Positions 38,029-50,731 of a DNA stretch of 64,000 bases are shown piece after piece (positions within the stretch are counted from its first letter, which is position 1; each line of letters begins with the position of its first letter). The notes under the pieces are model-generated. The model saw only the letters and a list, made by a program, of their open reading frames with translations. It searched no databases and was not told where the DNA came from. The stretch lies in the NCBI GenBank assembly GCA_051362555.1, contig CM120648.1, forward strand, positions 20,022,587 to 20,086,586. Direction: 5' to 3'. This stretch comes from Lingula anatina (lineage: Eukaryota; Animalia; Brachiopoda). The translations under genes were made by a program, and so were the position numbers.

Positions 38029-41000
38029 ATGTACAGACACAGATGTGTCTGTACATATAGCCGTCATCTGCGTCTGTCGTCGCCGTCGCCATTGCCGTTG
38101 CCGTTGCAAACACGATAAGTGGAATACTGTTTTACCTTTTGGCTTGAAAGTTACAGAACTGATGAATATTCATAATACGCCGGTCAAGTTCGAAAATCAG
38201 CATGATCGGGCCATTTTTAGGGAAGTTATGCTTTTTTTTCACTTTTTTCAGCATATATGCAACACCGTAAACACGATAAGTGGAATACTGTTTTACCTTT
38301 TGGCTTGAAAGTTACAGAACTGATGAATATTCATAATACGCCGGTCAAGTTCGAAAATCAGCATGATCGGGCCATTTTTAGGGAAGTTATGCTTTTTTTT
38401 TCACTTTTTTCAGCATATATGCAACACCGTAAACACGATAAGTGGAATACTGTTTTACCTTTTGGCTTGAAACTTACAGAACTGATGAATATTCATAATA
38501 CGCCGGTCAAGTTCGAAAATCAGCATGATCAGGCCATTTTTAGGGAAGTTATGCTTTTTTAGTACCACCAGCGTGTACGCTGGCGGTACTCATGGTTTTA
38601 GTCCCGACCCGTCTCGTCCGGCTCCGCCGGCTCCGTTGGCTCCGCCGGCTCCGCCGGCTCCGTAAGCTCCGCCGGCTCCGCGTACTGGCGCCGGATACAA
38701 GTCACCGTTACCGCTTCTCCTCCTAGACCGCAAGGACCCCTGTCCCCATCTCTTGGATTTCGGTCACATATAACCTCAACTTGAACCCCCAGATTTTTTT
38801 GTCTCAGTCGGTGCATTAACCTGGGCGTGACGCTTGTTGAAATGCACCCTTGTCAAAATTTTTGAAAATTCAATGCCAATTATTTACCCTACGGAAGGAA
38901 TTATGGGAAAAATTTCTACAGACGGCTTTCCAAAAGTCATATGTGTAGATTTCAAATATGCCCTTGGATTTGACCTTTGACCTTTATTTCAAGGTCAAAC
39001 AGGCCAAAATTTTCAAAAAAATGAAATTTTTTACAAAAAAAATATTATTTGCGCTGTTATTCAGACACTACACAGACTTAACCAATAATATTATTGGAAA
39101 GTCTTACCCTTTGGGTCATCTTTCATCTCCGTGAATTTGGGGTCAATCGGTGCATTTTCACGGGAGAAGCGGCCATAAGATACCGAAACTGAAAACTGTC
39201 TCTAATTCGGGAACCGTTAATGCTAGCGACCCGTTCTTTTTTGCATTTTGTAGAGCATGTAAAGCCCAACATTGCATGTGGTCTCCGTTTTTTTGTATTT
39301 CATACGGTTTTCGTGTTATGCTGTATTAAAAAGTACATTGTGGTGACACATTATTGTAACTCAGAATTGTAACATTATATCTCCAAAACTGGCAGAGATA
39401 GGTCAATAGTTACTATTAAAGTTGAATAGGAAGTCACTTACTGGCAATTTAACAGTGACCATAAAATTGACCTTTGACCTACTTTTCACCATGAATTGAA
39501 CTTTGCAAATTTTCGTTCCCTTTTATCACCAAAACTGGCAGAGATAGGTTCATAGTTACTATTGAACTTGAATAGGAAGTCATATACTGGCAATTTACTG
39601 TGACCTTAAATTTGACCTTTGACCTATTTTTGAACTGAACTTTGCAAATTTTTGTTCCCTTTTATCTCCAAAACTGGCAAAGATACGCCCATAGTTACTA
39701 TTGAATTTGAATAGAAAGTCAGAGGCAATTTACTGTGACCTTTAAATTGACCTTTGACCTACTTTTCATCATGAACTGAACTTTGCAAATTTTCATTCCC
39801 TTTTATCTCCAAAACTGGCAGAGGTCAATAGTTACTATTGAACTTAAGTAGTAAGTCATATACTTGCAATTTACTGTGACCTTAAAATTGACCTTTGACC
39901 ATCTTTTTACTATGAACTGAACTTTGCAAATTTTCTTTCTCCTTTATCTCTAAAACTGACAGAGATAGGTCCATAGTTACTATTGAACTTGAATAGGAAG
40001 TAATACACTAGCAATCTGTGACCTTGAAATTGACCTTTGACCTACTTTTTATGATGAACTGCTTTTTGCATGTTTTCAGGCCTTTAAATCTGCAAAATTG
40101 GCAAAGAAATGCCCATGGTTGCTATTGAACTTGAATAGAAATTCATAAACTATGATATTGAAATTGACCTTTAACCTACTTTTTCACCATGAACTGAGCT
40201 TTGCATATTTTCTTGCCTCTCATATCTTTAAAACTAGCAGAGATGTGCCCCTTGTTGCCCCTAGGTTTTCTCTTTTGTCAGCATATATGCACCATTAACA
40301 ACACTTTTCAAGGAAAACCAATAGGCCTTTTGTCTAGAGAATACAGGAGTGATCAAGGGTAGGAAAATGCAAGTCAATTCGAAAATCTGCTTGATTGTAC
40401 CATTTTTAGTTATATTTTTTTGCATATTTTGAGAACTCTTATTGATTGCATCTTATAGAGCTTGTCAAGCACAAGACTGGTGATGGTGTCCCTTTTTGGA
40501 AGGGGGGGGGGGTCCATACGAATGCCCTTACTCCAGCTGGTGGTACAATATCCGGAGGCGGTATCGCCTCTCTGATCCTCTAGTTTTTCACTTTTTTCAG
40601 CATATATGCAACACCGTAAACACGATAAGTGGAATACTGATTTACCTTTTGGCTTGAAACTTACAGAACTGATGAATATTCATAATACGCCGGTCAATTC
40701 GAAAATCAGCATGATCGGGCCATTTTTAGGGAAGTTATGCTTTTTTTTCACTTTTTTCAGCATATATGCAACACCGTAAACACAATAAGTGGAAAACGGT
40801 TTTACCTTTTGGTTAGACCCATTTCAGAAAAGTGCTGTCTTGTTTACATTTTGGCATTTTCAAGATGTGACTTTGAAGTTCCATGGTCCTGAAGACCTTT
40901 GCTAGTCACATTTTCTGAATATCCATGATACTAATATTTTATGATTAAAAATTGATGGTCATTATGCTGTTAAACATTATGTAATATTGCATCAAAATTT

Positions 41001-44000
41001 GAAGAAACCCCTATTTTGGGCACTGCTCCCATGATGACCATTTAAGGAAAATCATGTCACTCACTGTTCTCAAACTTACAGGAAAGAAACATGGGACTAA
41101 AATATAGCTTCAGTAGGCAATGCAGTCTGTTTGGTAATGTTTTCTGGCAGTTAAACAGTTTTTTTGTGAAAATTTAATTTTTCACATATTGGGATTTTCA
41201 GGGTGTGATTTTGAAGTTCCATGAGCCTGCAGACCTTTGCTAGTCACGTTTTCTGAATGTTCATGTGACTAATATTCTATTATTAAAAATTGATGGTCAT
41301 TATGCTGTTAAACATGTAATATTGCATCAAAATTTGACGAAACCCCTATTTTGGGCACTGCTCCCATGATGACCATTTAAGGAAAATCATGTCACTTACT
41401 GTTGTCAAACTTACAGGAAAGAAACATGGGACTAAAATACAGCTTCAGTAGGCAATGCAGTCTGTTTGGTAAATTTTTCTAGCAATTAAACAGTTGTTTG
41501 TGAAAATTTAATTTTTCACATATTGGCATTTCCAAGGTGTGACTTCAATACGCCGGTCAAGTTCGAAAATCAGCATGATCGGGTCATTTTTAGGGAAGTT
41601 ATGCTTTTTTTCCACTTTTTTCAGCATTTATGCAACCCTGATAATATGAAAAGTGAAAAACCGCTTTATTTTTTGGCTTAAAACTTACACAACTGATGAA
41701 TATTTATAATATGCAGGTCAAGCTGAAAATCAGCATGATCGGGCCAATTTTATGGAAGTTATGCTGTTTTTTTTTCAATTTTTTTCAGCATAAATGCAAC
41801 ACCGATAACAAGATAATCGAAAAAATAATTTTACTTTTTGGCTTATAAGTTACTGAAATGATGAATGTTCATAATACGCAGGTTAAGTTCGAAAATCAGC
41901 CTGATCGGGCCAATTTAATGGAAGTTATTTAATGGCAGTTTTTTCGCAATTTCAGCATATGTGCAACATCGATAACACATTTCAAGGAAAATCAATTGGC
42001 CAATTATCTTGAAATTCACAGGGGTGATCAGATTTACTAAAATACAGATGAGGTTCGAAAATTAGCTTGATCAGTTCAGTTTTGGTGAAATTGTGCCTTT
42101 TTTTGTAAATAAGTCTTTTTTCCTTGGATTTAATTCTTAGGCATGTTAACAATCTCATTTGTGAACTAATTAGTAATGTAAAGGTGTTCTTTTGACATTT
42201 TCTGCATTTTAACAATATTGCTAGTTGATTATATAAAAATGATGGTAAACCTGTTATTGTGCATTGTGTAATAAAGTGTCAAAAATGGAAATAAACTCAT
42301 ATCTTTACAGTTTGTCAGATTCAATCATTCACCATGTTCAGAATCTCAGAATGGAACAAATTAGACATTTAAAATTGTTCTATTGATATTTTTCCTATGT
42401 CAACAACTTTCTTAGTTGATCATTTAAAAACAACAGTAAATTGATTATTTTGATATATGTAAAAAAAGTGTTGAAAGTGGAAAGAAATTCATTTCAGTAC
42501 AGTTATCTCTTGTGTACATTTTGGCATTTTGAAGTTGTGACTCTGAACTTCCATGGCCCTGAAGACCTTTCCATATCAAATTTTCTGAATATCCATGATA
42601 CTTTTATTTTATTATTAAAAATTGATAGTCATTATGCTGTTAAGCATTATGTAATATTGCATCATAATTGAAGACAACCCCATTTTAGACAATGCCTCCA
42701 TAGTGACCATTAAAGGAAAACCAAGTCACTTACTCTTCTCAAACTTACAGAAATGTAGCATAGCACTAAATTATAGCTTCAGTTGAAAAACCTGCTATAT
42801 CAGTTAACTTTCTTGGAAATTATATAGTTTTTTGTTACAATTAAAATTTTCACATATGGACATTTTCAAGGTGTGACTTAGTCTTTGATCTTCCATTGGC
42901 TTGAATACCATTGCTAGTCACATCTTTTGAATAGCTATGATACATTTACTTTATTATTAAAAATTGATGGCCATTGTGCTGTTAAGCATTATGTTAAATT
43001 GCATAAAAGATGAAAAAAAAAACCTTTTTTGGACATCGCTGCTAGGATGACCATTAAGGAAAAACCATTTTACTTATGATATTCTAACTTACTGAAAAGT
43101 TTCATAGGACTGAAGAGTAGCTTGTGTTGGAAATCAGTGTGATTGTTTTCTGTTTTGGAAGCAATGCAGCTCTATAGAGTGCTATATGGGGCTACTGTTT
43201 ATGAATGGTGGTAATTGTCCCTTGGGATAATCACTAGCTAAATTCAGAGCTATAAAATTACTTGCCTAATTGATTTTCAAGTGCCCATTAAATAAGATTA
43301 CATAAAGTACACGTTAAGATTTCCCATTCAAGTCCTATAGGTTAAGCTCTCTCAACTGTGTCACATAATAAGGAATTGGTGATAATTATGCAGGTAAATG
43401 TTGTTTAATATTGCAAATAAGTTTACAAAAGAAAAAAAAAATTGTGTAATGCCAACATTAATGCTATAGATGAATAACAGTGCCTTATTATCCTCAAACG
43501 CATTGGGATTATTCATATCATGTTAATACAGCAAGATTAAAAGTTTGAATAGCAGCTATATTGGATTTTTTTTGTGTGTTTTCTTTTTAATTTTTTTTTC
43601 TAAACACTGGCATTTTCAACTCCCATCCACCTGAAGCTCTTCAGATTTTCTGTATTTCCACATAAGCAGTTGCATAGGTTTTTATGTCTTTAAACATTAT
43701 GTAATATTATTTTATGTACTGTCAACATTTTTCAAATATTGGGATTTTCATTATGTGAATTTGAACTCTCATGGTCCAGAAACTGTAATCTTATTGCAGG
43801 GGTGGATTGAGGCCGTCTTCTGGGTCTTTCAGATGACAGTCAGATTTTAAAGTTTACAATGACTGGTATCATTTTTTTTTGTTGGAAGACCATCAAAAGT
43901 GGAGGATGGATCAACAAAGATACTTTGGAATACTGTCAAAAAATATCTCTGGATCTGCTTCTGTTATTGACCATTTTACCTGTTGTGCATGATTAAAAAT

Positions 44001-44124
44001 CAGTGTTAACTGACCGTGTTATTATAAGCATTATTTATTATTGCATCAAAATTGACAAAATGACCCATTTTGCATCTTTATTTTCTGTTTTTTGTCTGTA
44101 CATTTGACAGCTTTGCTGCCTTGT
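38029..44124 (+). mobile_element. Helentron-type non-autonomous element (HINE family A) with ~160-bp core tandem repeats
   Basis: T-run, then 5' subTIR/IR palindrome ATGTACAGACA-CAGATG-TGTCTGTACAT, a GCCGT-type microsatellite, and core repeats AAACACGATAAGTGG...GTTCGAAAATCAGCATGATCGGGCC; 3' subTIR TGTCTGTACAT 44093-44103, hairpin GACAGC-TTT-GCTGCC, end CTTGT. Confidence 0.78.
38561..40583 (+). mobile_element. Complete HINE (family B) nested in a T-run of HINE A
   Basis: 5' subTIR GTACCACCAGC 38562-38572, IR GCTGGCGGTAC 38579-38589, (CCGGCTCCG)n microsatellite, ~145-bp TGACCTT-rich tandem repeats 39380-40240, 3' subTIR GCTGGTGGTAC 40536-40546, hairpin GAGGCG-GTAT-CGCCTC, end CTAG then T; host repeat resumes in register. 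Confidence 0.88.
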
Positions 44125-44137
44125 CTTAATCTGTCAG

Positions 44138-46034
44138 GATCTGGTATAGCGGTGAGCACTGCTGCAGCCCCCACCCCCGTGCTGCAGCTGACCTCACCCC
44201 AGGGGATGATGGCTCCCGCCCCAGGGGTTGGATTAACCCCTGGGCTGATAACCGTACCCGGAGTTATCCCCACAGCTGTTATACCTGGTATGTGTGGGTA
44301 GAGCTTAGGGAGGGTGGGGGAGGTGGCATTGGTTGGGGGGAAGGTAAACAGCTAAGTAAGCCAAAAAGTTAATTGACAAAATTACTGTAACTTTTAGAGG
44401 CTTTATATTTTTCTTATCTATTTTATAAGCTTTCAAATAAATTGTTGAGTTAATTAAAGAAGGTATATGAATGAACCACGTATTTGTAGCATTTGTCAAA
44501 AGCATGAAATATTTTTCTCTGTTAGAATGGTTGGAATATACATGTACTATGTCAGTTGTATAAGGATTGGAAGGGGAAAGGTTGCAGGGAGGGGGGAAAG
44601 AAGGGACACATTAGGAAAATAGTGGACCATATACCAAATAATTTTTGATTTATGTTTATCAAAATAACAGCACATTTCAAATTCACATTTGCACTCTTCT
44701 CTTTTTCTTCTCACTGTCCACCAGGTGGTGCTGGAGCAGTGATGGCCCAACAGATGGTGCCAGTTAAAGATGCTCCAGTATTCCACAGAAAGTCAGATCC
44801 CACCACTGCCACCGCTGTCCCGACGCCACCTGGGGCAGGTGGAGATGGTCAAGTGTCCATGGCAAACACAAAAGAGAAAACCCCAATGTGCTTAATCAAT
44901 GAGTTAGCCCGCTACAATAAGGTACCTGAATTGTCATGTAATTTAGTAGAGAGTCTTTGGAAAACTTTTCATCTTTTAAAAATCACACTGAGGTTTGTTC
45001 TTATGTTAAAAAAAAAGATTTAATTTTGATTGTAATTTTTTAGATATTAAATCAGGTACATATTTTCTTTAATTGAATACTTGCATGTTTTCTAATATTG
45101 ATATTTGTTTTTAAATCCAGGAAAAGAAAAAAAATTAAAAGTACTTATGGGTTTTGTTTCTTGTTTTCCTTAGATACTCCACCAGTACACATTAACTGAC
45201 AAACAAGGCCCAGCTCACAAGAAAACTTTCTTCGTGAAGCTCAAGTTAGGTGACGAAGAGTACGCAGCAAATGGCGTCAGCATCAAAAAGGCGCAGCATG
45301 CAGCAGCTGACATTGCGTTAGAGAAGACACAGTACAAACATCCTCCGCCTAAACCAGCAAAGTATGTGGACGGTACAGGAGTCTGTGGTATGCTGAAAAA
45401 ACTTTGTTACAGTTTTGATGATATTTTTATTTTGATTAACTAGCTTAGAAAAAGAATCATTGTATTAGAGGGTGGGGCTTACGTGAGCCTCTTATTATTT
45501 TTCATCATTGACATCTTGATATGAAGATGAATTATGAGTATGATGACAGAAACAATTTTCATTTCTTTTTCCAAATATTTTTCCTTTAAACTTTTCTTTA
45601 TTGTTACTAGTTATTCTATAGCAAACTGTCCAAAGATGAAATATAAAATAACTGACTTCACTTGACTTATTTTTCTTTTTAATCAGTATGTCAGATTATT
45701 ATGTTATTCTGCCACCTTTTCAAAGGACATTTTCATGATATCATTCTGTTATTCTTTCCCCAAGATCCTTCTTCCTCCCGTACCATCACTCCCACAGTGG
45801 AACTGAATGCTCTGGCCATGAAACGAGGAGAACCTGCTGTGTACCGCCCCATTGAGCCTCCCAGACCTGCGTGCTATGGGCCACCTAACTTGGGCTTCAG
45901 GGGCATGTACAACCAAAGGTAAATAACATGTACAACCAAAGGAAGATAACATTTACAACCAAAGGTAAATAACATGTATAACCAAGGGTAAATAACATGT
46001 ACAACCAAAGGTAAATAACAACCTAAAGAAAATT

Positions 46035-46067
<33 letters not shown>

Positions 46068-46575
46068 TGCTTTTCAGTCTGAAGTGGCAACCCTTTTTCT
46101 CATTTTAAGGGTATTTCTTTTCATTATTTTCTTACAACCAAAATGCCTGGTAGGCATGTGAATACACATACAGGCTTGCTTTTGTGCTTCATTTGAAATC
46201 CATTTGCAAAGATCATTTTCTAAAGCAGAAATCCATGCCAGATTATTTCATACTATTGAGTGAGCTGTAGTCAAGCAGTGGCATGGGTGAGAAAATATCG
46301 CAGTGGAAGACTGCCAAATTGATAGACAAATTGACAACCGAGCCAGAAACCAGTTAACATTCAGACTTTCTATTCCAGATATCATTATCCAAAAGCACAG
46401 AAAGTGTTCTACGTGTCCCTGAAGGTGGGCAACCGAGAATTCATGGGTGAGGGCAACACGCGCCAGGCTGCTCGCCATTTTGCCGCTTCAAAGGCGCTGA
46501 AAACGCTGGCCGCTCTCCCTATGCCAAACCAAGACAAAACACCACTCCAAGTGAGCGATGGAGTGGGTGACGGTG
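44138..46575 (+). CDS. stau: Staufen-type exons encoding N-terminal low-complexity region, dsRBD1 and split dsRBD2 (exons 44138-44287, 44725-44921, 45174-45387, 45765-45918, 46379-46575)
   Basis: Spliced translation ...MANTKEKTPMCLINELARYNK|ILHQYTLTDKQGPAHKKTFFVKLKLG..SIKKAQHAAA..|..ITPTVELNALAMKRGEPAVY..FRGMYNQR|YHYPKAQKVFYVSLKVGNREFMGEGNTRQAARHFAASKAL matches Staufen signature motifs; all introns GT-AG and frame open. The first exon is less certain. Confidence 0.93.
45904..46018 (+). repeat. 23-bp tandem repeat x5 spanning a splice donor
   Basis: CATGTACAACCAAAG|GTAAATAA repeated five times with small variants. Confidence 0.92.
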
Positions 46576-47038
46576 GTAAGTATCCTGGAGATTTGCAGCA
46601 CATGCAGTAGGTTACCAGACATGGGGGAAAAACTTTTAAGATGCTGAAGGTCTAGAGGACATACGCAAGAGGAGATCTGAAGGTTCTCACAACATTCTTC
46701 GGAGTTCAAACTAAGTAATTTATTTCTGTTAGACTATGTTTACATGTAAGTGATTATTATATGTTGTATTTTCACATAAACCTAGCTAGTCATAAAGACT
46801 TGGGATATTAAAAAATCTTGCAGGTCCTGTAGCATTTCAATTTGATCATCTCCAGTGGGACAGGCAGTTTCCCCATGTCTGGATAACACTGGCAAAGTCA
46901 CATGAAGTTACTTTCTCTTATACTATGCTGTCTTTGATGTAAGGCATAAATGTTAGATTTTATTGATTGAAAATAAGAAATGTTATATTTTAGAACTTGC
47001 GGGCAAACATATCTATATACATATGCATGCACACCCTT

Positions 47039-47541
47039 GTCTCTGTCACAACTAACACAATGTTTCTGTCACAACTAACACAATGTTTCTGTCACAGCTA
47101 ACACAATGTTTCTGTCACAGCTAACACAATGTTTCTGTCACAGCTAACACAATGTTTCTGTCACAACTAACACAATGTTTCTGTCACAGCTAACAATGTT
47201 TCTGTCACAGCTAACACAATGTCTCTGTCACAACTAACACAATGTCTCTGTCACAACTAACACAATGTTTCTGTCACAACTAACACAATGTTTCTGTCAC
47301 AGCTAACACAATGTTTCTGTCACAGCTAACACCATGTCTCTGTCACAGCTAACACAATGTTTCTGTCACAGCTAACACCATGTTTCTGTCACAGCTAACA
47401 TAATGTTTCTGTCACAGCTAACATAATGTTTCTGACACAGCTAACACCATGTCTCTGTCACAGCTAACACAATGTTTCTGTCACAACTAACACAATGTTT
47501 CTGTCACAGCTAACACTATGTTTCTGTCACAACTAACACAA
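47039..47541. repeat. Minisatellite, 23-bp unit, ~22 copies
   Basis: GT(T/C)TCTGTCACA(A/G)CTAACACAAT repeated. Confidence 0.96.
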
Positions 47542-47551
47542 TTTTCTTTTT

Positions 47552-50500
47552 ATGTACAGACACAGATGTGTCTGTACATATTGCCATCACCTGCGTCTGT
47601 CGTCGCCGATGGCGATGCCGATGCCGATGGCGATGCCGATGCAGGCGCCGTGCACTTTCCTTGTAAACACGATAAGTGGAGGGCAGTTTTACTTTTTGGC
47701 TTTATATTTACAGAGCTGATGAATATTCATAAAACGCAGGTCAAGTTCGAAAATCAGCATGATCGGGCCATTATTGTAGAAGTTATGCTGTTTTTTCACT
47801 TTTCAGCATATATTTCACATTTCCTCAGATTCAATTCTTAGGCATGTTAACAGTCTCATTATTAAACTAATAAGATACGAAAAAGTGTTTGTTTGGCATT
47901 TCCTGCATCTTTACAACATTGTTAGTTGATTTTGTAAAAATGATGGTTAACTTGTTATTGTGTATTGTGTAATAAAGTGTTAAAAATGGAAATAAACTCA
48001 TATCATTGCAGTTTGTCAGCTTCAATCATTCACTATGTTCAGAATCTCATAATGGAAGAAATTGGACATTTAACACTGCTCTGTTGATATATTTCCCATC
48101 TCATCAATTTTCTTAGTTGATCATGTAAAAATGGCAGTAAACGGTTAATTTTGTTTTATGTTAAAAATTGTTAAAAATGGAAAAAAAAAAAACATTTCAG
48201 ATCAGTGCTGTCTTGTTTACATTTTGGCATTTTCAAGTTGTGACTTTCAAGTTCCATGGGCCTGAAGACCTTTGCTAGTCAAATTTTTATGTACAGACAC
48301 AGATGTGTCTGTACATCTTGCCATCACCTGTATCTGTCGTCGCCGTCGCCGATGCCGGCGCCGTGCACTTTCCTTGTAAACACGATAAGTGGAGGGCAGT
48401 TTTACTTTTTGGCTTTATATTTACAGAGCTGATGAATATTCATAATACGCAGGTCAAGTTTGAAAATCAGCATTATCGGGCCATTATTGTAGAAGTTAAG
48501 TTGTTTTTTCACTTTTCAGCATATATGCAACCCTGTAAACACATTTTAAGGAAAACCGTTAAGCCTGTTGTCATGAAACTCACAGGAGTAATCAATCTTA
48601 CTTGAATGCAGGTCAAGTTCGAAAATTGGCATGATCGGGCCACTACTGTGTCTGTGCATAAAAATTTGACTAGCAAAGGTCTTCAGGCCCATGGAACTTG
48701 AAAGTCACAACTTGAAAATGCCAAAATGTAAACAAGACAGCACTGATCTGAAATGTTTTTTTTTTCACTTTTCAGCATATATGCAACCCTGTAAACACAT
48801 TTTAAGGAAAACCGTTAAGCCTGTTGTCATGAAACTCACAGGAGTAATCAATCTTACTTAAATGCAGGTCAAGTTCAAAAATTGGCATGATCGGGCCACT
48901 ATTTTAGTAGTTATGCTGTTTTTTCACTTTTCAGCATATATGCAACACTGTAAACACAACATAAGAAAAACAGATTGGCCAATTGTCATTAAACTCACAG
49001 GAGTGGTCAATCTTACTAAAACGCAGGTTAAGTTCGAAAATCAGGATAATCGGGCCATTTTTTTAGAAGTTATGCTGTTTTTTCACATTTCCTCAGATTC
49101 AATTCTTAGGCAGGTTAACAGTCTCATTATTTAACTAATAAGACACGTAAAAGTGTTTGGTTGACATTTCCTGCATCTTTACAACATTATTAGTTGATTA
49201 TGTAAAAATGATGGTAAACTTGTTATCGTGTATTGTGTAATAAAGTTTCAAAAATGGAAATAAACTCATATCATTGCAGTTTGTCAGCTTCAATCATTCA
49301 CTATGTTCAGAATCTCAGAATGGAGGAAATTGGACATTCCGTCACTGTCACTGGCGCCGGCGCCGTTCACTTTCATTGTAAACACGATAAGTGGAAGGCA
49401 GTTTTACTTTTTGGCTGTATATTTACAGAGCTGATGAATATTCATAAAATGCAGGTCAAGTTCGAAAATCAGCATGACCGGGCCATTATTGTAAAAGTTA
49501 TGCTGTTTTTTCACTTTTCAGCATATATGCAACACTGTAAACACAACATAAGAAAAACAGATTGGCCAATTGTCATTAAATTCACAGGAGTGGTCATTCC
49601 TGCTAAAACGCAGGTTGAGTCAAAAATCAGCATAATAGGGCCATTATTTTAGAAGTTATGCTGTCTTTTCACATTTCCTCAGATTTAATTCTTAGGCATG
49701 TTAACAGTTTCATATTTTAATTAATAAGATACGAAAAAGTGTTTGTTTGGCATTTCTTGCATCTTTACAACATTATTAGTTGATTATGTAAAAACGATGG
49801 TAAACTTGTTATCGTGTATTGTGTAATAAAGTTTCAAAAATGGAAATAAACTCATATCATTGCAGTTTGTCAGATTCAATCATTCACTATGTTCGGAATC
49901 TCAGAATGGAAGAAATTGGACATTTAACACTGCTCTATTGATATTTTTCCCATCTCATCAATTTTCTTAGTTGATCATATAAAAATTGCAGTAAACCATT
50001 AATTTTGTTTTATGTTAAAAATTGTTAAAAATGGAAAAGAAAACATTTCAGAACAGTGCTATCTTGTTTTAATATAGATTTTTAAATATTTAAGACATTG
50101 CAGAAATCTTGAGTTTGGCAGTTTCTCCATGAAACACTGCTTTTTGGTCATAGCATCCTATAGTAAACTACCCCAAACATATACCCAAAACCCCCAAATC
50201 AAATGTCAAGTTTGACCTTGACCCTCATTTTCAAGGTCATTTGGCTATTTCATGGAGAAATATTGAAGTGGGCTAAAAGTGATGTTTAGTTGACCCCCCC
50301 CCCCCCAATTCGCACATGCTCTTTCAGAATATAGGGTCAAATTTAACCCATGACCTTCACATGACCTTGTAAGAGCATTTTCACACCTATTTTGCAGGGG
50401 AATCCTCCGCCACTGGCTTTAGCCAGTTGCAGTCTAGTTAAAATTTGATGTTGAATTTGCAGTTTAACATAATGTACTTTTGCATCATAATTGACAGTAG

Positions 50501-50556
50501 CCTATTTTGTTATTTCCTGCTTTTTGTCTGTACATTTGACAGCTTTGCTGCCTTGT
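47552..50556 (+). mobile_element. Composite HINE family A array (5' ends at 47552 and 48289, 3' end at 50525-50556), with the 3' fragment of another HINE at ~50150-50440
   Basis: Same ATGTACAGACACAGATGTGTCTGTACAT start, same core repeats, same TGTCTGTACAT-hairpin-CTTGT end; separate ACTGGC-TTTA-GCCAGT...CTAGTT end at 50412-50439. Confidence 0.78.
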
Positions 50557-50731
50557 TTTAAAATTCTGGTGTTAATATGCAATACCATTTGCCCTCCACC
50601 TCTTTAGATATTCTTTCGCTTCTTCTCTGCTATCGCCTCACAATTAAATGTCATCCGCAAACATCATCATTCACGGGACATTTTCCATGAGTCATTTCGT
50701 CAATCTGAAGCAATATCATTCGTATTACCAG

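Noticed and set aside
38598-38816. ORF with EPAEPA repeats
   Set aside because: Antisense translation of the HINE-B 9-bp microsatellite.
38045-49652. Repeated ORFs with KHDKW...VKFENQHDRAI
   Set aside because: Chance open frames in non-coding HINE core repeats; frames differ between copies.
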